Shown piece after piece: positions 1-8,975 of a stretch of 64,000 nucleotides of DNA. Source of the DNA: a virus; IMG/VR virus record IMGVR_UViG_3300008050_000024, positions 1-64,000 of that record, one strand, 5' to 3'. Position 1 is the stretch's first letter. The number at the start of each line of letters is the position of its first letter. The notes beneath the pieces are model-generated. The model was not told the origin of the DNA. It worked only from the letters and a program-made list of their open reading frames with translations, and made no database searches. The position numbers were made by a program, and so were the translations under genes.

Positions 1-49
1 ACCCGATATGCTTTCTTTTAATCTATCAATTGCCTTCACGTTCTGCTCC

Positions 50-697
50 TTATTTATAGTTCAAACAAACCCTGGCCGCAATAGCTTTATCACTCCAGGC
101 TTCTGGATCAATATACCATGCTTCTAGCTGTTTTAATTCATCTTCTGTATTTAGTTTACAATTTTTTAAATGCGAATACAATTCTTCAAAACCAGCCAGA
201 CAAACTAAAATCACATCTGCAGCACCAAAAGCCGATGACGCCTTCCCATAAGAAAAAAGAGATATGACAGCATCTACTTCTGCTCCCTCCTTGCGAAGAG
301 CTTGGACTGCGCTTAGAGCACTTCCTCCCGTAGTTACCAGATCTTCAATAACTACTAAACGCTTGCCCTCAACCAAACCGCCTTCTACCTGGCACGCTGT
401 TCCATGATCTTTAGCTTTAGACCGAACATAATACAAAGGCAAGCCCAGAGTAGTGGCCACCATTGTAGCCCAAGGTATCCCAGCAGTGGCTACACCTACG
501 ATACCGTCAACGCCCCCGATCAAACGATGTTGAAGCAATTCAACAAAGACTGCATGGCGTTGTGCCGGATGCGATAACAGTGCGCGATTGTCACAATAGA
601 CAGGACTGTACATTCCACTAGAATACAAGAAAGGCTCTAGAGGATTTACTTTCACAGCACCCGCCGATAGAAGTGCTCTTACTACAGTATTTTTCAT
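50..697 (-). CDS. pyrE: Orotate phosphoribosyltransferase
   Basis: F-x-Y-SSG-x-SPVYCDNR, GVATAGIPW, YVRSKAKDHG, PRPP-binding VVIEDLVTTGGS. Confidence 0.95.
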   Translation of the reverse strand: MKNTVVRALLSAGAVKVNPLEPFLYSSGMYSPVYCDNRALLSHPAQRHAVFVELLQHRLIGGVDGIVGVATAGIPWATMVATTLGLPLYYVRSKAKDHGTACQVEGGLVEGKRLVVIEDLVTTGGSALSAVQALRKEGAEVDAVISLFSYGKASSAFGAADVILVCLAGFEELYSHLKNCKLNTEDELKQLEAWYIDPEAWSDKAIAARVCLNYK

Positions 698-705
698 GCT
701 GTTTC

Positions 706-1149
706 CTAATTAGTTAATTCAAACCACAGTTCCCGCATCTTGCTGTCCATCTGCTCAACCACCTTTAAAATGGGAGTTGCTACGCTGATGCGCAAAAGGC
801 TGGCTTTTCTCGACGGTCCTGATTGATCTTCTTTGGGTGTGATTTCAAAAAATATGCCAAATTCAACCAGGTCATCACTACAATGGAAGCGGGTCAGCAT
901 TTGGAATTCTCTTTCCAGTGACACATCTTTCCAAGTAAGGATGACTTCGGCCATTCCAGTAAAGGCGTCGCACTCGCCCGGCTTCTTGCTTAACACTTGA
1001 CAGGTGCCTTCGGTAAACAAAGCGGCGTGCTCTACAAGCCCTTCTACGATCTCATTGACAAAACCACTGCTGTCGATATGTCGCATAAGACAACGACTGG
1101 GGATTTGTTCTTCTTGTTCTTCTTCTGTTTGCTGTTTTTCTTGTTCCAC
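706..1149 (-). CDS. Hypothetical protein
   Basis: ORF tightly packed in the minus-strand array, RBS AGGAG. Confidence 0.65.
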   Translation of the reverse strand: MEQEKQQTEEEQEEQIPSRCLMRHIDSSGFVNEIVEGLVEHAALFTEGTCQVLSKKPGECDAFTGMAEVILTWKDVSLEREFQMLTRFHCSDDLVEFGIFFEITPKEDQSGPSRKASLLRISVATPILKVVEQMDSKMRELWFELTN

Positions 1150-1159
1150 GTTTTTCTCC

Positions 1160-1567
1160 TTACCGTGTTTTTGCTTTTACTGAAACAGGCACTTCGCCTT
1201 TTCCTGCTTGAAACACTTTTACCAATTTATAGGTATCTTCTATAAAAAGAAGAATTTCTTTGTTTAGGTATGCCAGTGTAAGCACTCCAGCGAAATCGGC
1301 CCATAACATGCCCTTCTGCCCATCCACCTTAACAGGGATGCTAGAAGTAGTGTAATCATCCAGCGCCTTCTGCAGTTTTTGCCAAGCGGCGCTCATTATA
1401 TCCAATTTTGTGCCGGCAAAGTCAAGAAGCAACGATTTGCCTTTCATGGAAAGTGTGCCGTCTACTCCACTGGCCTCCATTAACACACGATATTCTTCTC
1501 GCTTGTTCTCACGGAATAGCCTGGATGTCTGTAATCGAGATTCCTGTAGTTTTTGGATAGCTTTCAT
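1160..1567 (-). CDS. Hypothetical protein
   Basis: ORF in operon, RBS-like AGGA. Confidence 0.65.
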   Translation of the reverse strand: MKAIQKLQESRLQTSRLFRENKREEYRVLMEASGVDGTLSMKGKSLLLDFAGTKLDIMSAAWQKLQKALDDYTTSSIPVKVDGQKGMLWADFAGVLTLAYLNKEILLFIEDTYKLVKVFQAGKGEVPVSVKAKTR

Positions 1568-1571
1568 ATTC

Positions 1572-1832
1572 CTATCTTTTTTGAGAAGAAGGGGCGGTGC
1601 CCCCCGAAACTGTTAATTTCAATTCTTGTGAATCGGCGTTCTTTGCCAGCGTAGTGGCTAAAAATCCTAAATGGAAATATTCCGACCTGCGTACGGGCTC
1701 TTCTTCTAAGCCTTCGGCCGGTCCCATCGTGTAGACTACCGCCCCACAAACATTATGCCGAAACTGATACGTAAGATCCTCAAGATCCACAAATACACCA
1801 CACGATGGGCACATCAAAATGTCTAGGGACAT
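1572..1832 (-). CDS. Small Zn-ribbon protein
   Basis: CPSCG...HNVCG. Confidence 0.55.
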   Translation of the reverse strand: MSLDILMCPSCGVFVDLEDLTYQFRHNVCGAVVYTMGPAEGLEEEPVRRSEYFHLGFLATTLAKNADSQELKLTVSGGTAPSSQKR

Positions 1833-1958
1833 ATTGCATCAATTCCTAGGCCCGATTCGCAAATCGCATAATACTGAATCAGGCGTGTAAGAACCCTTCA
1901 TAGGTCTCCAGAATGAAAGGGCTAAAAGACATTACAGGAATGTCCTTTTTTGCTCGTT

Positions 1959-2252
1959 TCATATAAGATCAGTCCCCCGATCTCGATCAAAACCTTTGCG
2001 TAACCAACACAACCAATAGAAAAATTTAAAGAAAAGATGATGGTGTACTTGTCTAATCCTTTTTTGGCAATGGTCACAATCAACCACGTAATGCTCTTTC
2101 GATGACCACCACACAGTGAGCCCCCGTCGCTTACACACAATGCATGACATATGATAGCAAATAGGATGAAAATTGAGCGGCTTCTTGCCCGGGGTGTTAA
2201 CTGTGTAGGCATGAACCGGTCCAGTCGTTGTCTGTACTTCTAGCCTTAACAC
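1959..2252 (-). CDS. Hypothetical Zn-ribbon protein
   Basis: CIVC...CDHC; operon packing. Confidence 0.5.
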   Translation of the reverse strand: MLRLEVQTTTGPVHAYTVNTPGKKPLNFHPICYHMSCIVCKRRGLTVWWSSKEHYVVDCDHCQKRIRQVHHHLFFKFFYWLCWLRKGFDRDRGTDLI

Positions 2253-2608
2253 GACGCCCGCTCCTCAAGTAATTTTTCTACAGTTTCTACTGATGGGAGT
2301 TCCATTGGTTTCCAGGCTACTGCCTTATACCCCTCCCGTTCCAAATCAGGATGGAATCTCTGTAAAAACTTCTTTGACGATTCTCCCCTGAATTTGATTT
2401 GAGTACAAAGTGGATCGCCCTTCTTGTACATCAGTTGCACGTGGTCCGCATTATCTGCAGGACACTTGCTCATATCAAAATTCCAAGCAAGAAACACCGA
2501 ACACTCGGGACAATGCCATATATGGGAAACCTCGATGACATCGTCGAAAGAACAGCGTCGACACTTTACTAGTGCATTCTGTGGAAAGCTCATATTTTTA
2601 ATCCTCAA
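2246..2608 (-). CDS. Hypothetical Zn-ribbon protein
   Basis: CRRC...CPEC; DUF551-like ending VAWKPM. Confidence 0.55.
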   Translation of the reverse strand: MRIKNMSFPQNALVKCRRCSFDDVIEVSHIWHCPECSVFLAWNFDMSKCPADNADHVQLMYKKGDPLCTQIKFRGESSKKFLQRFHPDLEREGYKAVAWKPMELPSVETVEKLLEERASC

Positions 2609-2861
2609 ATCTTCCTTCTATTAGTTTTTTGCAGTATTTAGGCCACTGCGGAATAGGACTCCAATGGGAGAACGTGCCTATGCTCCATAGCTCTTTTTTT
2701 ACTTTCCACATCTTATGCGAATCGATGCGCACACTAATCAACCGACCCACAACAGGATAAGGAATATCATCTGACGATGCATTGATTATAGTATGAACAT
2801 CGATCAACACAGCCCACTGCCCATCTTCTGGGTGCTTTTCCGATACTGCAATCCAAGCCAT
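2598..2861 (-). CDS. DUF551-like phage protein
   Basis: WIAVSEKHPEDGQ...FSHWSPIP pattern. Confidence 0.65.
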   Translation of the reverse strand: MAWIAVSEKHPEDGQWAVLIDVHTIINASSDDIPYPVVGRLISVRIDSHKMWKVKKELWSIGTFSHWSPIPQWPKYCKKLIEGRFED

Positions 2862-3427
2862 TATATCAACCTTAGTTTATTTCCTCCAAGAACAGGGACA
2901 GGGATAAAAATCTTTGACTCCAAAGTAAACTCAATCGGAGGTTGTTTCCATTGATCTTTGTCCAAAGGAAAAAGAATTGTATCGGACGGCAGTCCTATCG
3001 CTAGCAAAAAAACGGGCCAGGGCATTGAATACGTCCTTTCATCCGCAGCTTTTACAGTAGGCATTTGCCAAATTTTTGCTTTTTTATTCCACGTCGGACA
3101 ATGAGAAAAAACCGTCGCCTCTTGGAGACCGGGGTCTGCTGCATACCAGTAAGAAGTAGAAAGTGGCGTTGACTGTGGATCGCGAATTGCCGTGTGCATC
3201 GTCTTTACTTGCTTAGAAAGACAAAGCATACACGGCATTTTTCCACTAGTTGTATCAATGTACAAGGAACTTCCACAAACAGTACATGGATCAGATTCCG
3301 CTTTGAATCCTTTTTTCGATTGTGTACAACGGGAACAGGGTATTGCCACAAGGGTCCGACCCCTATAAACAACTCCTCCTCCCCTACATTTTGGACACAC
3401 TGTTTTGCTGTTTTTCGTATTAGCCAC
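2861..3427 (-). CDS. Zn-finger protein (DnaJ-type CxxCxGxG) with C-terminal domain shared with the neighbouring gene
   Basis: CPKCRGGG, CSRC, CTVC, CMLC. Confidence 0.65.
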   Translation of the reverse strand: MANTKNSKTVCPKCRGGGVVYRGRTLVAIPCSRCTQSKKGFKAESDPCTVCGSSLYIDTTSGKMPCMLCLSKQVKTMHTAIRDPQSTPLSTSYWYAADPGLQEATVFSHCPTWNKKAKIWQMPTVKAADERTYSMPWPVFLLAIGLPSDTILFPLDKDQWKQPPIEFTLESKIFIPVPVLGGNKLRLI

Positions 3428-3446
3428 TTCAACCCTCCTTCAAACG

Positions 3447-3680
3447 CTACTGAGCAACTAAACCTATTCGAACTCGCACTGGGTGCGAGTTAAATTTAAC
3501 ATAGTCAAATCGAGAACTCTTTAATGGGAGTTTGTTCACGCCCATCCATTTTCTAGAATCCCTGTTCCATATAGGGCATTGCGAGTACAACCAGAGATCT
3601 GTTTTGGGTTGACCAGACTTTACCGCATCCCGGGCCACCCAGTATTCTGAGTACTCTAAAGGATTTCTTTCCTTAGCCAT
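3447..3680 (-). CDS. Hypothetical protein
   Basis: ATG at 3680 after GAGGA; YWVARD...YSQCPIWN motif. Confidence 0.6.
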   Translation of the reverse strand: MAKERNPLEYSEYWVARDAVKSGQPKTDLWLYSQCPIWNRDSRKWMGVNKLPLKSSRFDYVKFNSHPVRVRIGLVAQ

Positions 3681-3885
3681 GCTGTTCCTCTTTTCTCTTT
3701 TTAACACATTTAGGACACCGCATTTTTGTTTCCGGACGCAAGTGGGCCGGGTCCATCATTTCTGCGTAGCAAAGCAGCGTATAATTCCCTTTAGATGACG
3801 GGTAATCATCATCAGGTTCGTCGATCCGAGTCCACCAATGGGCGTATCGTTTGTGGTCGGCATTGAAATAGCCCTTACTCTGCAT
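3673..3885 (-). CDS. Hypothetical protein
   Basis: ATG at 3885 after GGAGGA; H...C...CPKC. Confidence 0.5.
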   Translation of the reverse strand: MQSKGYFNADHKRYAHWWTRIDEPDDDYPSSKGNYTLLCYAEMMDPAHLRPETKMRCPKCVKKRKEEQHG

Positions 3886-4336
3886 CAGGGTCCTCCACCA
3901 TTGTCCAGACTTCCTCAATGGGTACGCCTAGTGCTTTAGCTACTTTTATGCCTACGCTGACTCGAGGCTCTTCGACACAATGGGCAATGGCGTACACTAT
4001 TGATTTCCCTAGCCCTGATCTTGCCTGTATGTCCGGCATTGATAACCCTTTTCTCGCCATGATGTTCCTGACATTGTTCATAGCACCGTTTCGCTCTTGA
4101 GGAGGATACACAAAATTAGCGAACATGCCTAGATTGATATTCAGTATAGTGCAAATGATACGGCACATTTCAGTCCGGGGGACTATTTGGTCGTTTTCCC
4201 ATCGCCGGTATCGCTTTGTGCCAATAACTCGCTTTCCCCGCGCACTTATCGTATTGACCTGGGCCTGTGTGTAGCCTAGGCGGAGCCGGTGAGCCAACAA
4301 AAGCTCACCGATACTCATTCCTTCTTTATACAACAT
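3875..4336 (-). CDS. XRE-family transcriptional regulator with two HTH domains
   Basis: HRLRLGYTQAQV...RRWEND..P and MARKGLSMPDIQARSGL...KVAKALGVPIEEVW. Confidence 0.8.
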   Translation of the reverse strand: MLYKEGMSIGELLLAHRLRLGYTQAQVNTISARGKRVIGTKRYRRWENDQIVPRTEMCRIICTILNINLGMFANFVYPPQERNGAMNNVRNIMARKGLSMPDIQARSGLGKSIVYAIAHCVEEPRVSVGIKVAKALGVPIEEVWTMVEDPDAE

Positions 4337-4511
4337 GACTATACATCCTCGATCTAAGAGCGTAAAAAGTAAAAAGCCTAAGATACGGTGTAGGTGTAGC
4401 TCTTCTTCTATACGTTGTCCACCCCGTACCAGAACATCGCTTACAGGGCAGATTTCTAATAATACCAGCAGAATGCACTCCAGCCCCCTTACACGTTCTG
4501 CATCTAACCGT
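4326..4511 (-). CDS. Unannotated 61-aa DnaJ-type Zn-finger ORF with ACG (non-canonical or mutated) start
   Basis: Open frame (T)VRCRTCKGAG...PCKRCSGTGW fills the gap and overlaps both neighbours; absent from the ORF track. Confidence 0.55.
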   Translation of the reverse strand, partial: TVRCRTCKGAGVHSAGIIRNLPCKRCSGTGWTTYRRRATPTPYLRLFTFYALRSRMYSHVV

Positions 4512-4908
4512 TTTTACCTAAAACTTTCAAATACACAGCCTCGAATTCCTGGGCAAAAAGAACAGCGTCATCTTCTTCAACTCCCTGCTCTTTTATTATC
4601 CAATGGGCTGGGGTTTTCCACGATTCAAATACCACAGGATTAAATGACGGGCTTTCGTGATAAATCAGCATATCTTCCGCCATCGAATTTAGTGCCTCTT
4701 CTAGCCCGGCACAGATAGGCCTACCTAGACCGTCCCTCCAAATCGTGATTGTTTTCTTATGTCGATCGGGCAACCACTTCGATGTTTCTTTGAGTTCGGC
4801 TAATACTTCGTCGATAAGTGTGTATCGTCCTATTTTGTTTTTGCCCGACAAAGAAAGACAAGCAAAAACAAACTGCAGCGTATCGTATATCGTTAATTCT
4901 TCTTTCAT
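4504..4908 (-). CDS. Hypothetical protein
   Basis: ORF with AGGAGG upstream. Confidence 0.65.
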   Translation of the reverse strand: MKEELTIYDTLQFVFACLSLSGKNKIGRYTLIDEVLAELKETSKWLPDRHKKTITIWRDGLGRPICAGLEEALNSMAEDMLIYHESPSFNPVVFESWKTPAHWIIKEQGVEEDDAVLFAQEFEAVYLKVLGKNG

Positions 4909-4966
4909 CCGGGCTGTTGTCCTCCTTGTGTCCCTATAAACAACGGATGTCGTCTATTTTAAGCGT

Positions 4967-5920
4967 CTAATTTTCGGACGCTTTAGCCTTTGGCTGTGTA
5001 ATTACTTCTTCCAAGGTCATCTTGCAGTAGTTTGTATATCCAGGCATGACGTTGACCCCGATAACTTTGCCTGGTGTTCCATCGTAAAAATCACAAGACG
5101 ACCCAATGGGCTGTGCGTCTTGAAACTTGGTGATACGATCGTCAATGCGTGGCACTCCCTCCACTGCTGGATCAATTTTTGAAAGCCGGCGAGTTACCAT
5201 ATCATAGTACCCAGGATGGTTTGTTCGTGCGTAAACTTCTACGACCTCGCCAACTCCGCCTCCAGCGAAAGACAATATCGTACCAACAGGACGTGCCCTC
5301 TCTTTCGGCACAATCTCTTTATGAATTTCTGGCGCACCGTCTAATTCCATGGCAATATCGCTCTTACTTCCTGCTGGATACATATCGCATCCTTCGGGAT
5401 GGAGACGGACTCGAGTCGGGCTATCCGTATCCTTGACATAATCCTGCGATTCTTCTTTAAGCTCGTTGCACTTGTAAATGATAACAGAAGAGGGAGGCGC
5501 CGTTACCGCCCGCCCCACCGGACGCACGTCCTCCACTACAAGAACGACGACTCGTCCGTACTTATGCTCTCCCGAATCAAAGTCTACCGCTCCTACTTCA
5601 GGCTCCGCCCCCTTTTGACAAAATTCATAGCGATACCCATCCTGAAAAACCTGCAATCCCCCGTATATCTTTTCTTCGGTCAATTCCGGTTCTTCTTGGG
5701 GTCCGGCAGGTTTTTTAAGTAGATAAACAAAATCTGGACCCAAAGCCTGTGCGACCATGTAAAGAGGTGCGCCTATGGTGCTTAATGCGTGTGTCGCGCC
5801 CAACACGCACAGCCGCTCAACCGCCATTTGCGCCTCTTTACTCATGAGGGTTTCTTTGCGAAAACCCTCTAAAACTTCTAGCACCTTAAAAATCAATTCC
5901 ATTTTCTCTTCTTCTGTCAC
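4967..5920 (-). CDS. Hypothetical protein with repeated P(V/I)G...GxV modules
   Basis: 317 aa, RBS AAGGAG. Confidence 0.7.
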   Translation of the reverse strand: MTEEEKMELIFKVLEVLEGFRKETLMSKEAQMAVERLCVLGATHALSTIGAPLYMVAQALGPDFVYLLKKPAGPQEEPELTEEKIYGGLQVFQDGYRYEFCQKGAEPEVGAVDFDSGEHKYGRVVVLVVEDVRPVGRAVTAPPSSVIIYKCNELKEESQDYVKDTDSPTRVRLHPEGCDMYPAGSKSDIAMELDGAPEIHKEIVPKERARPVGTILSFAGGGVGEVVEVYARTNHPGYYDMVTRRLSKIDPAVEGVPRIDDRITKFQDAQPIGSSCDFYDGTPGKVIGVNVMPGYTNYCKMTLEEVITQPKAKASEN

Positions 5921-6017
5921 TGTTTTCTCCTTATTTGTGATTCCGATTCTTACAATTGTACAACGTACACATTAGGTTCGTATATACTAATTTTTGTGAT
6001 CAAATACAACTCTACTC

Positions 6018-6275
6018 CTAATCAACAAATGACAGAACATCGGATTCTTGGGCGTAATTGTGAAGCTCACCAAACGCATAATCACAATCGATTCGATGAC
6101 GAATATCATCACACACCAGGCACCACCGAAAATGATCCCAACGGCCATTGCATATACCGTCTACCCGTACGTATGTATCGCCAGGCTCAATTTCTTCATG
6201 GCATTCAAAGCACGTATGAGACTTCTGAGCTTTGACTTTCTTTTCGTGGTAAACGGCGGGCTCGTCGTAACACAC
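6018..6275 (-). CDS. Conserved-type phage CxxC protein
   Basis: KAQKSHTCFECHEEIEPGDTY...CLVC. Confidence 0.65.
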   Translation of the reverse strand: MCYDEPAVYHEKKVKAQKSHTCFECHEEIEPGDTYVRVDGICNGRWDHFRWCLVCDDIRHRIDCDYAFGELHNYAQESDVLSFVD

Positions 6276-6278
6276 AAT

Positions 6279-7007
6279 CTAGCCTTTCTTCCCTGTAATA
6301 GGAGGATCTGGCGGAAGTACGTGTCGAGACTCTACGAATTCTCCGCAGTATTCGTCGGATTCCTTCTCGACAGACACAGGATACCGCCGGCACTTTCCGT
6401 CGCCAGAGGGCATCTAATAAAATACTCATAACCAATAATAATTTAATTGTGAATCCGTTCATGTGTGACAACTCCAACTATGTTCTCTTCCAGTATCCTC
6501 AACCGACACTGTGAAGGCAAGTCCACTACCATCCAATACAATTCCAGGGCCAGAGTAAATGATACCTCCTACAAGATATGGATTTAATCTTGTATGGATA
6601 TCACCCTTGCGGAAATATGCGAAGCTAAAAGAATGGGGAGTAAAGTCAGGACACACCAACATACGAGCATCACTTAGCCGCATCCTCTCATCTCTATTAG
6701 AGAATAAAGTTAGTAGTTTATCAATTGCCTCTGCTCCCATCTTCTTTGCTGCATCATACACCTTCTGAGTATATTCCTCATTATCAAATACAATCCAGGG
6801 AAAAGTCTCAAAAGGAAACCTAATTGACGTTTGCGTTCTCATCTTTAACTCCTTCAACTTCAATTATCTTAGTCATCTCAAATCTAATCTTTTCAATTTC
6901 TTCCATATAATCTGAAAACTCAGCTACCAACCATACTCTGCCAGTTGCGCATAATCCACATTGTGTGGTTTGAAATACAAACAATGATTGCAATCATTTG
7001 TAGCCAT
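6279..7007 (-). pseudogene. Small Cys-rich gene split by an ~555-bp insertion
   Basis: N-half MATNDCNHCLYFKP (7007-6966, RBS GGAGGAG); C-half PSGDGKCRRYP...DEYCGEF (6410-6279). Confidence 0.55.
6459..6842 (-). CDS. Hypothetical protein inside the AT-rich insert
   Basis: ATG 6842 after GAAGGAG; D..PHSFSF...GGIIY.G...WS.HT. Confidence 0.7.
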   Translation of the reverse strand: MRTQTSIRFPFETFPWIVFDNEEYTQKVYDAAKKMGAEAIDKLLTLFSNRDERMRLSDARMLVCPDFTPHSFSFAYFRKGDIHTRLNPYLVGGIIYSGPGIVLDGSGLAFTVSVEDTGREHSWSCHT

Positions 7008-7015
7008 TTCTCCTC

Positions 7016-7306
7016 CTAGTGTACAATGTCGGGAACAGTGTTCTCTTCTAATGTTGTCTCGATTACCCCCTCCCAATCGAATGAGTCCAGCATCGTTTCC
7101 GCTATGTCCAGCGTCAATGAATCCAAAAACCCCTGGGCTTCTACACAAGTATCGAACTCTGCCGTAGCTATTGCCGTATTCACTTCATTAGCGGGTTGTA
7201 TGCGTACGGCTAGATTAACAGCAGTATTGCCCGATACGAGTTGTTCCAAATAGCACAAAATCTGACCATACTGTTCGCTGTGTATAATCTTCGCAAAATC
7301 TTTCAT
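7016..7306 (-). CDS. Hypothetical phage protein
   Basis: MKDFAKIIHSEQYGQIL; RBS AGGGG. Confidence 0.65.
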   Translation of the reverse strand: MKDFAKIIHSEQYGQILCYLEQLVSGNTAVNLAVRIQPANEVNTAIATAEFDTCVEAQGFLDSLTLDIAETMLDSFDWEGVIETTLEENTVPDIVH

Positions 7307-7524
7307 TGTTCCCCTTTTATAGTTTTAGGATACCCACACCAATGAACAGAAAGGCGCTCCTTCTTCTGGTGATCGCACCCATTCTCTGTACAAATGGGAC
7401 ATTCTGGGCACAGGCAGTCGAAGGGGTCTTCGTTGCATACTTGACACCGCTCATCTACTTCAGGAGGGTCCTCACCTCTAATTGCTCTGCTTGAATATAT
7501 CATATTTCTCGAAAATAACAACAT
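7303..7524 (-). CDS. Small Cys-rich protein
   Basis: CQVC..DCLCPECPIC. Confidence 0.5.
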   Translation of the reverse strand: MLLFSRNMIYSSRAIRGEDPPEVDERCQVCNEDPFDCLCPECPICTENGCDHQKKERLSVHWCGYPKTIKGEQ

Positions 7525-7644
7525 AAAACACCCTTCCCTTTTTGTACGGGTTTTGATTAACTCCGTTCCTGCATCTTCGTTGTATGTGACTATTGTTCGT
7601 ATCCTTGTCTTGAATATACAGGCGATTTCCTTTCTTGTATAGGT

Positions 7645-8013
7645 CTATTCCCTGTAATAAAAAATTTCAACAGGTTTTCTGAGTCGACGAGCACAGGCTA
7701 TAGAATCCCTTGTCCCAGGACTACGCCCATCCCAAAAAGCCACGCCTCTATCCCCATCCCGCCACATCTCTCGATTGCGAATCATCCCCGCGCCCAGCCC
7801 TAGCTTGGTCCAAGCAGCCGGATATGGGAGCCACTCTAGTCCTCGTTCCTTGGCATACTTTTTTGCCAATAGGTCAGCGCCCCTTGCTTCTCCCTCAATA
7901 ATAATGACTTTCCGGCCCTGGGCATGAGTCTGTATGTACTTGTCTAGGGTCTCACACAGAAAAGGATAGTCAGTAAAATCCTGACCCCCACATACGACAA
8001 TCTTCAAAGCCAC
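7645..8013 (-). CDS. SLOG-family protein (DUF2493/YspA-like)
   Basis: VVCGGQDF, IIEGEARGAD, AGMIRNREM, AFWDGRSPGT. Confidence 0.9.
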   Translation of the reverse strand: MALKIVVCGGQDFTDYPFLCETLDKYIQTHAQGRKVIIIEGEARGADLLAKKYAKERGLEWLPYPAAWTKLGLGAGMIRNREMWRDGDRGVAFWDGRSPGTRDSIACARRLRKPVEIFYYRE

Positions 8014-8041
8014 TTACCTCCCACTGCCCGCTTACAGTTTT

Positions 8042-8353
8042 TTACGACTTCCTCCACATCTTTCCAATGGGAATTTGCTTGTAGTCGTCCAGTTCAATTT
8101 GCGCCAGTTTTCGATCCTCCTGGAGATCCTGAAGAGCCCACTCGATTAAGTGTTTCTGCAGGTCCTCAATGCTTTCTATGACATCGAGATCCTCCTGTGA
8201 CACGACTGAATTGATCTTGATCGACAACTCTGTTTCAAACCGAAACATTTCCGGATCTTCCCTCGGCAGAGGTGCCTCTGCCGCCGCTATAGGAAGTTCC
8301 GCCCTTCTCTCCATGGCTATTGCCGGTTGATCTACTGTTTTTGTTCGTTCCAT
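8042..8353 (-). CDS. Hypothetical protein
   Basis: RBS AAGGAG. Confidence 0.6.
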   Translation of the reverse strand: MERTKTVDQPAIAMERRAELPIAAAEAPLPREDPEMFRFETELSIKINSVVSQEDLDVIESIEDLQKHLIEWALQDLQEDRKLAQIELDDYKQIPIGKMWRKS

Positions 8354-8365
8354 GTCAATCTCCTT

Positions 8366-8710
8366 TTAAACTAGTATTACCCCACATTCTTTCTCTAATG
8401 TCGACAAAACCAAAACAGCCTGCCGTTTCTCTTCCCAGGCGCCCTCTAATCGCTGCTTAGCAATATCCGCCGCCTGTTGCAGTCTATCGCATCTTTTGGT
8501 ATGGTTGTCGACTACTCTCTTAGCGGCTGATACGAGATCGGAAAACCACTCCCCGTCCTTTTCATGTTCACTTTTGACAAGGCACTCTTCCATCCCACAT
8601 TCTAATTCAAAATAGAAACGAGTATCATCTTCCCGGCTAAAACGGAAATGGGAAATGCTGCCAATCGTATATGAGTAATTGTATACCAACCAACGTTCCA
8701 GGGACATCAC
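8366..8710 (-). CDS. Hypothetical protein with C-terminal coiled coil
   Basis: ORF in operon. Confidence 0.6.
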   Translation of the reverse strand: MMSLERWLVYNYSYTIGSISHFRFSREDDTRFYFELECGMEECLVKSEHEKDGEWFSDLVSAAKRVVDNHTKRCDRLQQAADIAKQRLEGAWEEKRQAVLVLSTLEKECGVILV

Positions 8711-8953
8711 CGACCTCTTTTCAAAATTTCCTTAGCAAACTGAGCGCCATTAATCAAACAGCAGACAGCCGTTTGTCCGTTATGCTTGGACTCGTACAAT
8801 TCAAGAGCTTCAGACCCAATCAACTTCCGAACCCACCTGCACACAATCTCGAACTGAATCTTCAAGATCTTCTTGTGCCTCTTCCTTTGTATGGAATGTT
8901 CTGATCGTGGCATTCTCTAGATCGTCGTTTTCAAACATTACTGATAGATGCAT
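8707..8953 (-). pseudogene. Probable ~80-aa gene with a 1-nt frameshift near 8815
   Basis: RBS GAGGAG + ATG 8953 gives MHLSVMF...SEVDW then stop; removing one G of GGG continues as SEALELYESK...KRGR to 8707. Confidence 0.4.
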
Positions 8954-8975
8954 TTTAACTCCTCATCGTAGGATT

